A stretch of 64,000 nt of DNA, taken from NCBI GenBank assembly GCA_044223005.1, contig JBGAML010000001.1, positions 464,443-528,442 on the forward strand, in the 5' to 3' direction. This DNA comes from Candidatus Eiseniibacteriota bacterium. Lineage in GTDB: Bacteria > Eisenbacteria > RBG-16-71-46. A program made the translations under genes and the position numbers. Below, piece after piece: positions 1 through 10,048 of the stretch. The first letter of the stretch is position 1. Each line of letters opens with the position of its first letter. The notes under the pieces were generated by a model, which was given only the letters and a program-made list of their open reading frames with translations, was not told the DNA's origin and ran no database searches.

Positions 1-643
1 CACGGGCTGGCTGCGGCACGTGGGCCAGCTCTACGTCGCGCTCTTGGCGATCGAGTGGATCGCGCGCCGCCGCGAGGCGGGCGAGACGCGCCCGTGGGAG
101 CGGACCGCGTTCGCGGCCGCGCTCTTCGCCGTCATGGCCTTGCACGCGTGGCAGGGCGTGCGCGCGCTGCAGCGCGACTGGGGACACTCGCTCTCCAACG
201 GCGGCGCGTTCGCCGCGTTCGTGAACGCCCGCCCCGAGGACCGCGATGCGATCGTGATCTGCGAGCCCGACTACCTGCTCGAAACGCTGCCCGCGTACCT
301 GCCGAACCGGCTCTGGTCGATCGAGGAAGGCGGCTTCCGGCGGTGGACGCACTTCTCGCGCAGCCGCCACGACACGCTCGCGCTGGGGACCGTGATCGAC
401 CAGGCCGACTCGCTCGCACGCGCGGACCACGCGCCCGTGCTGATCGCGCTCGGCCAGCTGCAGGTGCTCGCGGACACCGCGGGATGCGTGCCGTACCGCT
501 ATTCGTCGTGGTTCTCGTGGACGTCGCGCGAACGCGACCGGCTCGCCGGCGAAACGAGCACGCTCGGCGGCTTCCTGCATTCCGACGGCAGCGAGAACGT
601 CGCGGTATTTCGTATTCCCGCGGGCGGCATCCCCGCGCATTGA
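1..643 (+). CDS. membrane protein, C-terminal part (5' end probably outside window)
   Basis: Open frame with hydrophobic helices then a soluble tail; ORF track 20..643; no family motif recognised. Confidence 0.5.
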   Translation, partial: TGWLRHVGQLYVALLAIEWIARRREAGETRPWERTAFAAALFAVMALHAWQGVRALQRDWGHSLSNGGAFAAFVNARPEDRDAIVICEPDYLLETLPAYLPNRLWSIEEGGFRRWTHFSRSRHDTLALGTVIDQADSLARADHAPVLIALGQLQVLADTAGCVPYRYSSWFSWTSRERDRLAGETSTLGGFLHSDGSENVAVFRIPAGGIPAH

Positions 644-717
644 CCGTGCGAACGCGCACCCGCTCGCGCGATCGGTGCGCGACACGGGTCGCCGGAATGC
701 GATAAGCTCCCCGTCCT

Positions 718-1428
718 ATGCCCACTCCGCACATCGGTGCCCAGCCCGGCGACTTCGCCGACACGGTCCTCATGCCCGGCGATCCCCTGCGCGCCGAGCA
801 CATCGCGAACACCTTCCTGAAGGACGTGCGCCGGGTCACCGACGTGCGCAACACTTGGGGCTACACCGGCACGTACGAAGGCCGGAGGCTCTCGGTGATG
901 GCGCACGGCATGGGGATTCCCTCGTGCTCGATCTACGCCACCGAGCTGATCCGCGAGTACGGCGTGAAGACGCTGTTCCGCGTCGGCAGCTGTGGCGCGC
1001 TCGCGCCGGCGGCGAAGCTCGGCGACGTGATCGTCGCGATGGGCGCCTCGACCGATTCCAAGGTCAACCGCCTGCGCTTCATGGACCACGACTTCGCGGC
1101 GATCGCCGACTTCGGGCTGGTCGAACGCGCGGTGAACGCCGCGCGCGCGCAGGGCACGCCGATCCAGGTCGGCAACGTGTTCTCGTCCGACCTCTTCTAC
1201 ACGCCGCAGCCGCAGGTGTTCGACGTGCTCGAGAAGATGGGCGTGCTGGGTGTGGAGATGGAAGCCGCCGGCCTCTACGGCGTCGCGGCCGAGCACGGCG
1301 TGAAGGCGCTCACGATCCTCACCGTGAGCGACCACATCCGACGCGGCGAGCACCTGTCGGCGGACGAGCGCCGCACGTCGTTCGACGCGATGATCCGCAT
1401 CGCGCTCGCCGCCGCGATCGCGGCGTAG
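718..1428 (+). CDS. deoD: purine-nucleoside phosphorylase
   Basis: [41 protein letters not shown] motifs. Confidence 0.96.
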   Translation: MPTPHIGAQPGDFADTVLMPGDPLRAEHIANTFLKDVRRVTDVRNTWGYTGTYEGRRLSVMAHGMGIPSCSIYATELIREYGVKTLFRVGSCGALAPAAKLGDVIVAMGASTDSKVNRLRFMDHDFAAIADFGLVERAVNAARAQGTPIQVGNVFSSDLFYTPQPQVFDVLEKMGVLGVEMEAAGLYGVAAEHGVKALTILTVSDHIRRGEHLSADERRTSFDAMIRIALAAAIAA

Positions 1429-1435
1429 GCGCGCG

Positions 1436-1981
1436 GTGGGCGACGTCGCGATCCGGCTCGCGACCGCGGCCGACGAGGCCGCGCTCGGACGCTGGGGCGG
1501 CGCGCTCATGCGCCAGCACCACGAGTTCGATCCGCAGCGGTTCATCCGCACCGAGCACCCCGAGGCCGGCTACGGCCGCTTCCTGGTCTCGCAGCTCGCC
1601 GACGAAGAATCGGTGGTGCTGGTCGCCGACCGGGACGGCGAGGTGATCGGCTATGCGTTCGCGAGCCTCGAACCCATGAGCTGGAAGGACCTGCGCGCGC
1701 CGTGCGGCTACCTGCACGACGTGTTCGTGGACCCGGCCGCGCGCGGCGCCGGCGCGGGCACGCGCCTCGTGCGCGGCGCGATCGAGTGGCTGCAGGCCCA
1801 CGGCGCCCCGCGCGTGGTGCTGATGAGCGCCGCGCGCAACGAACCCGCGCGGCGGCTGTTCGCGCGGCTCGGATTCCGCGAGACGATGGTCGAGATGACG
1901 CGGGAGGCCGACGCGGGCGGAGGCGCTCCCGCGCGCCTCCCATGGGAGTCCGCGGGCGAATCGGCAACCTCACCGGTGTAG
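1436..1981 (+). CDS. GNAT family N-acetyltransferase
   Basis: Acetyl-CoA motif VFVDPAARGAGAG; N..ARRLFARLGF. Confidence 0.88.
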   Translation: MGDVAIRLATAADEAALGRWGGALMRQHHEFDPQRFIRTEHPEAGYGRFLVSQLADEESVVLVADRDGEVIGYAFASLEPMSWKDLRAPCGYLHDVFVDPAARGAGAGTRLVRGAIEWLQAHGAPRVVLMSAARNEPARRLFARLGFRETMVEMTREADAGGGAPARLPWESAGESATSPV

Positions 1982-2087
1982 ACTGCGGCGGCAGCACGGG
2001 CACGGGCCCCCACGAGCCCACGCGTCTCCCCGACTCCTTCCGCGGCGCCACTCCGCGTGGCGACGCCCGCCCGATCGAGGTTGCCCG

Positions 2088-3605
2088 ATGCGATACCGCG
2101 TCCTCTCCGCCCTGCTCGCGCTCTGCGCATGCGCGCTCGCCGCCCCCGCCCTCGTCCGCGCCGACGAGTTCGCCGACTTCCGGATCCCGGACAATCGCTA
2201 CCTGCAGTGGACGGGCAGCGTGCAGCTCGGCGCCAACTGGAACGTCGCCGCCGTGCAGACGCAGCACGACCGCAGTGGGAGCAGCAACGGCCTGCTCGCG
2301 AGCTCGATGATCTCGGTGCGGGACGCGGAGAATCGCTGGTCTTCGTTCGCGCTCTACACGAACCTTCAGGGCACGCGCTACCACTCGCTCGCGTCGTACG
2401 ACCTGCCGTTCGAGGTCTATCGATCCCGCGACCAGCAGCGCAACACAGCGGAGTATCTCTCGGGCTCCTGGTCCGAACGCTGGTATCCGGGAGCATCGCC
2501 GCGCTGGCTGGGGCTGCAACTGGGGGGCTCGCTCCAGGACCAGCAATCGTGGCAGTTCATGCACATGCGTCACGAAGATCCCGCTCCGCCCTCGTTCGAG
2601 ATGCGTGAGGAGATCTCCCAGTCGGCATGGCAATACGGAAGTACGGCGGCGGCTCGCGGGAGCGCGGGGTACGGCCGCGTCCGCAACGCCTCGGGCGTCT
2701 ACGAGGCGCGCGTGCTCGAGCAGCGACTGCTCGCCAGCGGCGCACTCACGCGCCCGCTCGGCGCGGATGCTCGATCGCGCCTCGCTGCGCTCATGTACGC
2801 GCGGTACGACGTCCTGCTCGTTCACGACCGGCCGGCCACGATCGTCTGGAAGGAAATCGCGGACATCCTGCGTGCGGACGGTGCGTTGCGCGACGGCGCC
2901 CTCGCGCCCGGGGACGCGTTCACGCTGGTCGAGCCCCTGGCGGTGGGCCGGGGTTCTCGCGACGCGGCCCTGCTCCCGGTGTCGCCGCTCGTGCGTGCGC
3001 GCGGGGCGCTCGCGAGTCTCGTCGTTTCGGCGCGAACACAGAACGACGTCCGGCGCACCACCGGCACGGACTCGTATCACACCCTATACGCGGACACGCT
3101 GACCTACGAGGTCTTCTACCGGTCCGGCTCGCGAACGGCCACTGCGGCATCCGTAGTGGCGACGGGCGTCTCCGCCGAGTACCACCGGCCGATCGGGCTC
3201 GCCTTCCAGCTCGACGGCAGCACCGAGCTGCTGTTCGACTCCCAACCCCACCGGCGAGGGGTCTCGAGCGCGTCGTCGGCATCGGTGGGATGGATCGTCG
3301 AGGACCGCTGGCTGGCGACCGGGACGCTCCGGCACCAGCGCGAGCTCCATTGGTACAAGTCGAGCACCCCGTGGCGGGACGAATGGGCCGTCGACTGCCG
3401 GGGCACGCTCTCGTACTTCGTGACCGATCACGTGTCGGCATCCCTGAGCGCGACCGAGACCCAGACGCGTGTCTTCGACGTGAGCCACGGCCCGTTCTAC
3501 GGAAGTCCGCAGCGCCGGCGCACCGGCACCCTCACGCTCGGCCTCGCCTACCGCTTCGCCGGCTACGCGAACATCGCCGGCCTCTCGCCCGCACTCGCGC
3601 CGTAG
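2088..3605 (+). CDS. secreted hypothetical protein, possibly outer-membrane beta-rich
   Basis: Signal peptide MRYRVLSALLALCACALAAPALVRA; alternating aromatic beta-like segments; ends LTLGLAYRF plus a short tail. Confidence 0.6.
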   Translation: MRYRVLSALLALCACALAAPALVRADEFADFRIPDNRYLQWTGSVQLGANWNVAAVQTQHDRSGSSNGLLASSMISVRDAENRWSSFALYTNLQGTRYHSLASYDLPFEVYRSRDQQRNTAEYLSGSWSERWYPGASPRWLGLQLGGSLQDQQSWQFMHMRHEDPAPPSFEMREEISQSAWQYGSTAAARGSAGYGRVRNASGVYEARVLEQRLLASGALTRPLGADARSRLAALMYARYDVLLVHDRPATIVWKEIADILRADGALRDGALAPGDAFTLVEPLAVGRGSRDAALLPVSPLVRARGALASLVVSARTQNDVRRTTGTDSYHTLYADTLTYEVFYRSGSRTATAASVVATGVSAEYHRPIGLAFQLDGSTELLFDSQPHRRGVSSASSASVGWIVEDRWLATGTLRHQRELHWYKSSTPWRDEWAVDCRGTLSYFVTDHVSASLSATETQTRVFDVSHGPFYGSPQRRRTGTLTLGLAYRFAGYANIAGLSPALAP

Positions 3606-3633
3606 GGCGCGGGGCGGGCGGCGGCGTCCGCGA

Positions 3634-3975
3634 TCAGCCCTCGCGCACGAAGTGCGGCATCGTCTCCGGGATCACGAGCGAGAGCTCGACGAACCCGGCG
3701 TATGCGCCGTTCACGTGCCAGGGCGACTGGTAGATGAGCTTGCGCACGCCGCGCTTCTCGATCGTGTAGACGTTGGTCCGGCCGCTCGCGAGCATCTCGC
3801 GCAGCTGCTCGCGGGCGCGTTCCGGATGGCAGTCGAGCGCGTTCGTGCCGATCAGCGCCCGGCCGCCGTCGGCCTCGAACACCTGCGCGGCGCGGTCGTT
3901 CATCTCGAGGATGATCCCATCGCGGTCGCACACCGTCACCGCACCGCCGAACTCCTTCACCCACGCCGATTCCAT
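3634..3975 (-). CDS. stand-alone PAS-domain protein
   Basis: AVTVCDRDGIILEMN..ALIGTNALDCHP; ATG at 3975 with GGAGG upstream. Confidence 0.8.
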   Translation of the reverse strand: MESAWVKEFGGAVTVCDRDGIILEMNDRAAQVFEADGGRALIGTNALDCHPERAREQLREMLASGRTNVYTIEKRGVRKLIYQSPWHVNGAYAGFVELSLVIPETMPHFVREG

Positions 3976-4102
3976 CGCACCTCCCCGGGCCACGCCCGAT
4001 CGCGAGCGGGAACGTAACACCCGGGCCCGGTAGCGGTGCCGGCCCGTTCTCCGGGAACGCCCGCGCATCTGGCGCGTCCAGTCGTTAGTATCTGGCGCTC
4101 GC

Positions 4103-4687
4103 ATGCCCGCCGCGGACGGGCCGACCACTCTCGAAGAGGAGCCGCATGTGCCGTCGAACTCGCAGCAGTCGCCTTTTCAGGTGATGAGGAGCCTCCACCG
4201 CGACGTCGGCTACCTGACCGCGGGGCTCACGGTGATCTTCGCGCTCTCCGGCATCGCCCAGATCTTCCGCGACACCGACCTGTTCCAGGTGCAGAAGCAG
4301 GAGCAGGTCCAACTGCAGCCCGGCCTCGCCGCCGACGCGCTCGGGCCCGCGCTGCGCATGCGCGAGGTGAAGGTCGATCGCACCGAGAGCGGCGTGATGT
4401 ACTTCCGCGGCGGCTCGTACGATCCCGCCACCGGCACCGCCGTACGCACGCAGAAGTCTTTCGCACCGCCGCTCGACCGCCTCACGGCGCTGCACAAGGC
4501 TCCGAGCAAGAGCGCACTGCACTGGCTCACGCTGGTCTACGGCGTGATGCTGCTCTTCCTCGGCACCTCGTCGTTCTTCATGTTCCGGCCCGGCCATGCA
4601 CTCCAGAAGCGCGGCCTGGTGTTCGCGGGCATCGGGCTCGCGGTCGCGCTGGCGGTGCTGTTCTTCGGCGCCGGCGGCGGCGCGTAG
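4103..4687 (+). CDS. PepSY-associated TM-helix protein
   Basis: RSLHRDVGY..IFALSGI and LTALHK motifs, three TM segments; true start may be GTG 4148. Confidence 0.7.
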   Translation: MPAADGPTTLEEEPHVPSNSQQSPFQVMRSLHRDVGYLTAGLTVIFALSGIAQIFRDTDLFQVQKQEQVQLQPGLAADALGPALRMREVKVDRTESGVMYFRGGSYDPATGTAVRTQKSFAPPLDRLTALHKAPSKSALHWLTLVYGVMLLFLGTSSFFMFRPGHALQKRGLVFAGIGLAVALAVLFFGAGGGA

Positions 4688-4688
4688 C

Positions 4689-4750
4689 GCGACCCGTCCG
4701 CGAAGCGGAAACACGAACCGGCCCCGGCGGATCCATCCGCCGGGGCCGGT
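4689..4750. repeat. 62-bp direct repeat copy 1, contains a GC-rich terminator hairpin
   Basis: GCGACCCGTCCGCGAAGCGGAAACACGAACCGGCCCCGGCGGATCCATCCGCCGGGGCCGGT identical to 6462-6523. Confidence 0.95.
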
Positions 4751-4786
4751 TCGCGCATCCGGCGCCGCCGCCAGCTGGTGGGCGAT

Positions 4787-6328
4787 TCACGGTCCTTCGT
4801 ATCGACCGAGGAAAACGATCGCTCCGGTGTCGTCGTCGCGAATGATGAAGAAGAACGGACGATTCATCACCACGTTCGGAACGAAGGGGCGCATTCGCCT
4901 CGGGTGGCTGGCGCTCGCGTACACCGACAACGCCGTCGCCGCGGCGGCCTCGGTGCCGCGCTCGTTGACGTCGAGATTCGCCTGGTGGACGACCTCATCG
5001 ACGAAGTACGGCACTCGCTCCGCCGACGGGGCATGCATGCCGTCCAGGTTCGCCGAGGGCCGGAACGCATCCGTCAGCCCCATGGCCTCGAGCGGCTCGC
5101 GCAGCCGCCGCGAACAGTTCATCGAGAACCTCGGCATGCTCACGAAAGTCGCACGCGGGTCCAGCGCCCCGATCCATTTCGCGAGCCGCTCGGGGGTGAG
5201 GTTCGATTCGAGTGCCGCGAGCCCGTCTCGACGCAGGGGCAGCAGGACGATCATCGAAAACGGAACGCCGCGATAGTGCAGTCCGACCAGCTGGAATCCG
5301 TTCGGTGCCGGGTAGAACTCCGCGTCGTCCTCTCCTGGGAATCGAGCGTCCTCCACCTCCTTTGGGGTTCGGAAGAGGGTGCCGTCCGCGCGAAACGCGC
5401 CGTAGCTGAACGGTGCCGATCGATTCATGAACGGCATCTGGACCGAATCCCCGGCCGGGGGGCGGAACCAGCTCGGATGGGTATTCGCGATTTCGAATGG
5501 GGCGAGCCAGCGCGCACGGAAGAAGATCGCGTTGGCCAGGATGAGCCGTGCTTGGGGCGTAACGCTACCGGCGGGCAGAAGCTCGGGGATGCGATCGCGA
5601 GTGCGCTCGCCCACCCACGCGTTGATCTGCGAACGAACCTTGTCCGGGTTACCGCTGAAGTCCACCGGCCGCGAATTTCCCGCGCCATAGTGTTCGCTCA
5701 GGGTCCGCTCGAACTCGGCACTGGCCGGCAGGGTCGAATCCCGCCAGATCGCGTTGCACAGGTGCAGTTCCGCGAGCGGCTGAAGCGAGTCCACTTCGGC
5801 GGCGAGAGCGTTCCTGCCGCGGTAACGCCACTCCTCCCAGAGCATCTCGCCGTGCAGCGTGGGAGGGTTCCGGCTGGCGAGGCCGTCCATCACCCGGATC
5901 GTGATGGCGAGCGAGTCCAATCGCGCCCGCGAGGCCGGGGGCAGCGCGCCCTCATCGCGCATGCGCGTCCTCGCGAAGGTGCCGAGCGCCTCATGCACGG
6001 GGGCCAAGTCCCACGGTCGATCTGCATCACGGGTCGCGAGCGATCGTTGCAGCCGCAACACGTGGCCGAACTCGGCGGCCGTGCGAGCTCGCGCACCCTC
6101 GGCCGTCATCGCGAGCACGGTGTAGACGGAGGCGGGTGAGAAGAAGACGTTACTGCCCGGCGCGGACCGCACCAGTTCGCGATACAGATCGAGCGCGAAT
6201 TGGTTCTGCGCCGTCACGATCTTCGTCGAATCGGCTCTCGCCGTATTCGCCGCGGCCGCGCTTCCTGCCATCACCAACCACGCCGCCAGCGCGCATCCGA
6301 CGGCCTCTGCCACCACGCCCCCTCGCAT
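4787..6328 (-). CDS. secreted serpin (serine protease inhibitor)
   Basis: NQFALDLY, NVFFSPASV, LILANAIFFRARW, hinge ERGTEAAAATA, NRPFFFII..TGAIVFLGR; N-terminal signal peptide. Confidence 0.93.
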   Translation of the reverse strand: MRGGVVAEAVGCALAAWLVMAGSAAAANTARADSTKIVTAQNQFALDLYRELVRSAPGSNVFFSPASVYTVLAMTAEGARARTAAEFGHVLRLQRSLATRDADRPWDLAPVHEALGTFARTRMRDEGALPPASRARLDSLAITIRVMDGLASRNPPTLHGEMLWEEWRYRGRNALAAEVDSLQPLAELHLCNAIWRDSTLPASAEFERTLSEHYGAGNSRPVDFSGNPDKVRSQINAWVGERTRDRIPELLPAGSVTPQARLILANAIFFRARWLAPFEIANTHPSWFRPPAGDSVQMPFMNRSAPFSYGAFRADGTLFRTPKEVEDARFPGEDDAEFYPAPNGFQLVGLHYRGVPFSMIVLLPLRRDGLAALESNLTPERLAKWIGALDPRATFVSMPRFSMNCSRRLREPLEAMGLTDAFRPSANLDGMHAPSAERVPYFVDEVVHQANLDVNERGTEAAAATALSVYASASHPRRMRPFVPNVVMNRPFFFIIRDDDTGAIVFLGRYEGP

Positions 6329-6461
6329 GGCCTCCCCTTCCTGCCGGGACGGTTGGGGGACGTTTTCCGCCGCGGCGTCTCGCCCCGGTCGGGTTCACGA
6401 GGCGCCCGAGCCCCGCGAGGCGGAGGTTAGCGCCACCGCGCGAGGCTCGCTAGGTGCAACT

Positions 6462-6523
6462 GCGACCCGTCCGCGAAGCGGAAACACGAACCGGCCCCGG
6501 CGGATCCATCCGCCGGGGCCGGT
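6462..6523 (-). terminator. groEL intrinsic terminator = 62-bp direct repeat copy 2
   Basis: Stem ACCGGCCCCGGCGGAT/ATCCGCCGGGGCCGGT followed on the minus strand by TCGTGTTTCC, 34 nt after the groEL stop. Confidence 0.85.
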
Positions 6524-6556
6524 CGTTTGCTGCGTGTGGCGCTGCGTCGGTTCGGT

Positions 6557-8218
<1,662 letters not shown>

Positions 8219-8277
8219 TCAGCGCGTCCGCGCGTCGCGCGACGATCGTCGCGGCGTCCGCGCCTCGGACGCGTGGA

Positions 8278-8568
8278 TTACTTGGCGATGACGCCGAGGA
8301 TCTCGTCCTCGCGCAGGATCACGTACTCGGTGCCTTCGATCTTCACGTCGGTGCCGCTGTACTTGCCGATCAGCACGCGATCGCCCTTCTTGACGTCGAT
8401 CTCCACGCGCTTGCCGTCCTCGTTCTTGCGGCCGGGGCCGACGGCGACGACTTCGCCCTCCTGCGGCTTCTCCTTGGCGGTATCGGGGATGATGATGCCG
8501 CCGCGGATCGTCTCCTGCTCCTCGATGCGGCGAACCAGGATCCGGTCGGCCAGAGGCTGAACGTTCAT
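8278..8568 (-). CDS. groS: co-chaperonin GroES
   Basis: [41 protein letters not shown] upstream. Confidence 0.98.
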   Translation of the reverse strand: MNVQPLADRILVRRIEEQETIRGGIIIPDTAKEKPQEGEVVAVGPGRKNEDGKRVEIDVKKGDRVLIGKYSGTDVKIEGTEYVILREDEILGVIAK

Positions 8569-8713
8569 TGCGGAACCTCCTCTTCGGGTCTTGCATGGGC
8601 CACCCGGCACGGGTCGCCTTCCGGCGCCCCGCCACCGCGGCGGGCTGTGATGAAATGAGACGTTGGTGCGCGGGCGCGCGCGGAGGACACCTTGCGCGGG
8701 GCCGACGTGACGC

Positions 8714-8742
8714 AGGATATCGGGCGATATTTGCGGGCTCAA
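8714..8742 (-). promoter_or_regulatory. putative sigma70-type promoter of groESL
   Basis: Minus strand TTGAGC-17 nt-TATCCT next to an AT-rich patch. Confidence 0.55.
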
Positions 8743-8831
8743 GTCGGGCAATTGAAAATCCGATTACTGATTATTTGGCAATGGGATATGGGTTGATTTC
8801 GACCCCGGGCGGCGGGCTGTTTCCGGCCGCA

Positions 8832-8848
8832 ATTGTCATAATGACAAT
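8832..8848. promoter_or_regulatory. perfect palindrome, candidate operator
   Basis: ATTGTCAT-A-ATGACAAT. Confidence 0.5.
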
Positions 8849-8987
8849 CGCGGACTGGCAGCGGATGGCGGGCGCCGCTGGCGCGCGGAGGCGCGGCGAG
8901 GACGCCGGGGCGCACGCGCGCGGACGCGGAGCGATGGCCCGCGCGCGAAGCCGGTGAATGCACGTCGCGGACGCGAGGCCCGGCGCG

Positions 8988-9950
8988 CTACTTGTCGGCT
9001 TCGGGCTCCTCGAAGAGCGCCAGCGTGGGCTGCCCGTCGAGGTAGCCGTTGCTCATCGTGCCGCTCACGCGCAGGTGCTGCCGCTCGTGCGGCGTGCGCG
9101 AGCGCGTGAAGACGACGAGCGAGTCGCGGCCGTCGAACAGGTAGAAGGACCAGCCGCCTCCGACCTGGAAGACCTGCCCGACCTTGCCCTCGACGAGCAC
9201 GCGCGCGCCGTCGAAGCGTTCGGGGTGCCGGCGGAGCCGGCCGATCGACGTCGGGCGCGGGCCGCGCGGCCACAGCGCCACCACGCACAGCGCCACGGTC
9301 ACCACGCCGACCAGCACCTGCAGCCGGCGGTCCGTGCGCAGCGTGTGCACGATCGAGACGTACCACGGCAGCGGGGCGTCCTCGATGTCGAACGCCTCGG
9401 GCGACACGACTTCGTGCGCGGGCACCTCGACCGGCGTGAACGTGTCGCTCGCCGCGGGCGGATGCGCGAGCAGCGCGGCGCGCTCGCGCGCACGCTCCTC
9501 GGCGTCGTCCATGGGGAAGTCCTCGAACGCGGACGGCTCCGCGGCCGCGCGCGGACGGTCGTTGCGCGGCAGCTCGGGCACGCTCTTGGTGCCCGGCTCC
9601 CACGTCATCGCGGGGCCGCGCACGAAGCCGCTGTCGTCGTTCGCGTCGTCCTGCACCGCTCCGATGCGCTTCGCCGGCGGCGGTGGCGCCGCCGCGGGCG
9701 GGCGCGAGCCGAGCTTCAGCGCTTCACCGGTTGCGCCGATCTCGTCGCCCGACGTCGTGAACGCGAGGCCGGAGTCCTGGACGCCGCCCTCGGGCGTCAT
9801 GCGCAGGAGCTTCGGACGCTCGGCAGCCGCCGGCTTCGACTTGGAGCGGTCGAGTTCGGCGGCAAGCCCTTCCTCGGGGCCCACCAGCCAGTCGGCGGGT
9901 CCTTCGGTCGGGGTGCGTTCGGGTTCGGGATTCGGCTGTGCGCTGCTCAC
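8988..9950 (-). CDS. membrane-anchored hypothetical protein with C-terminal OB-fold-like domain
   Basis: Disordered acidic/Pro N-terminus, one TM helix, then HPERFDGARVLVEGKV..FYLFDG..LRVSG. Confidence 0.6.
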   Translation of the reverse strand: MSSAQPNPEPERTPTEGPADWLVGPEEGLAAELDRSKSKPAAAERPKLLRMTPEGGVQDSGLAFTTSGDEIGATGEALKLGSRPPAAAPPPPAKRIGAVQDDANDDSGFVRGPAMTWEPGTKSVPELPRNDRPRAAAEPSAFEDFPMDDAEERARERAALLAHPPAASDTFTPVEVPAHEVVSPEAFDIEDAPLPWYVSIVHTLRTDRRLQVLVGVVTVALCVVALWPRGPRPTSIGRLRRHPERFDGARVLVEGKVGQVFQVGGGWSFYLFDGRDSLVVFTRSRTPHERQHLRVSGTMSNGYLDGQPTLALFEEPEADK

Positions 9951-10048
9951 GCGAAGCCTCCGTGCGGATGCTTGGGAACATGCGCGTTATCGGCCGGAGG
10001 CCCGGCCCGACTTGAGGCAACGGTTTCGGCCGCCCGGGACGGGCCCGT

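Noticed and set aside
6390..6460. Integron attC site explaining the serpin cassette
   Set aside because: No RYYYAAC..GTTRRRY pair around a palindrome and no intI in the window
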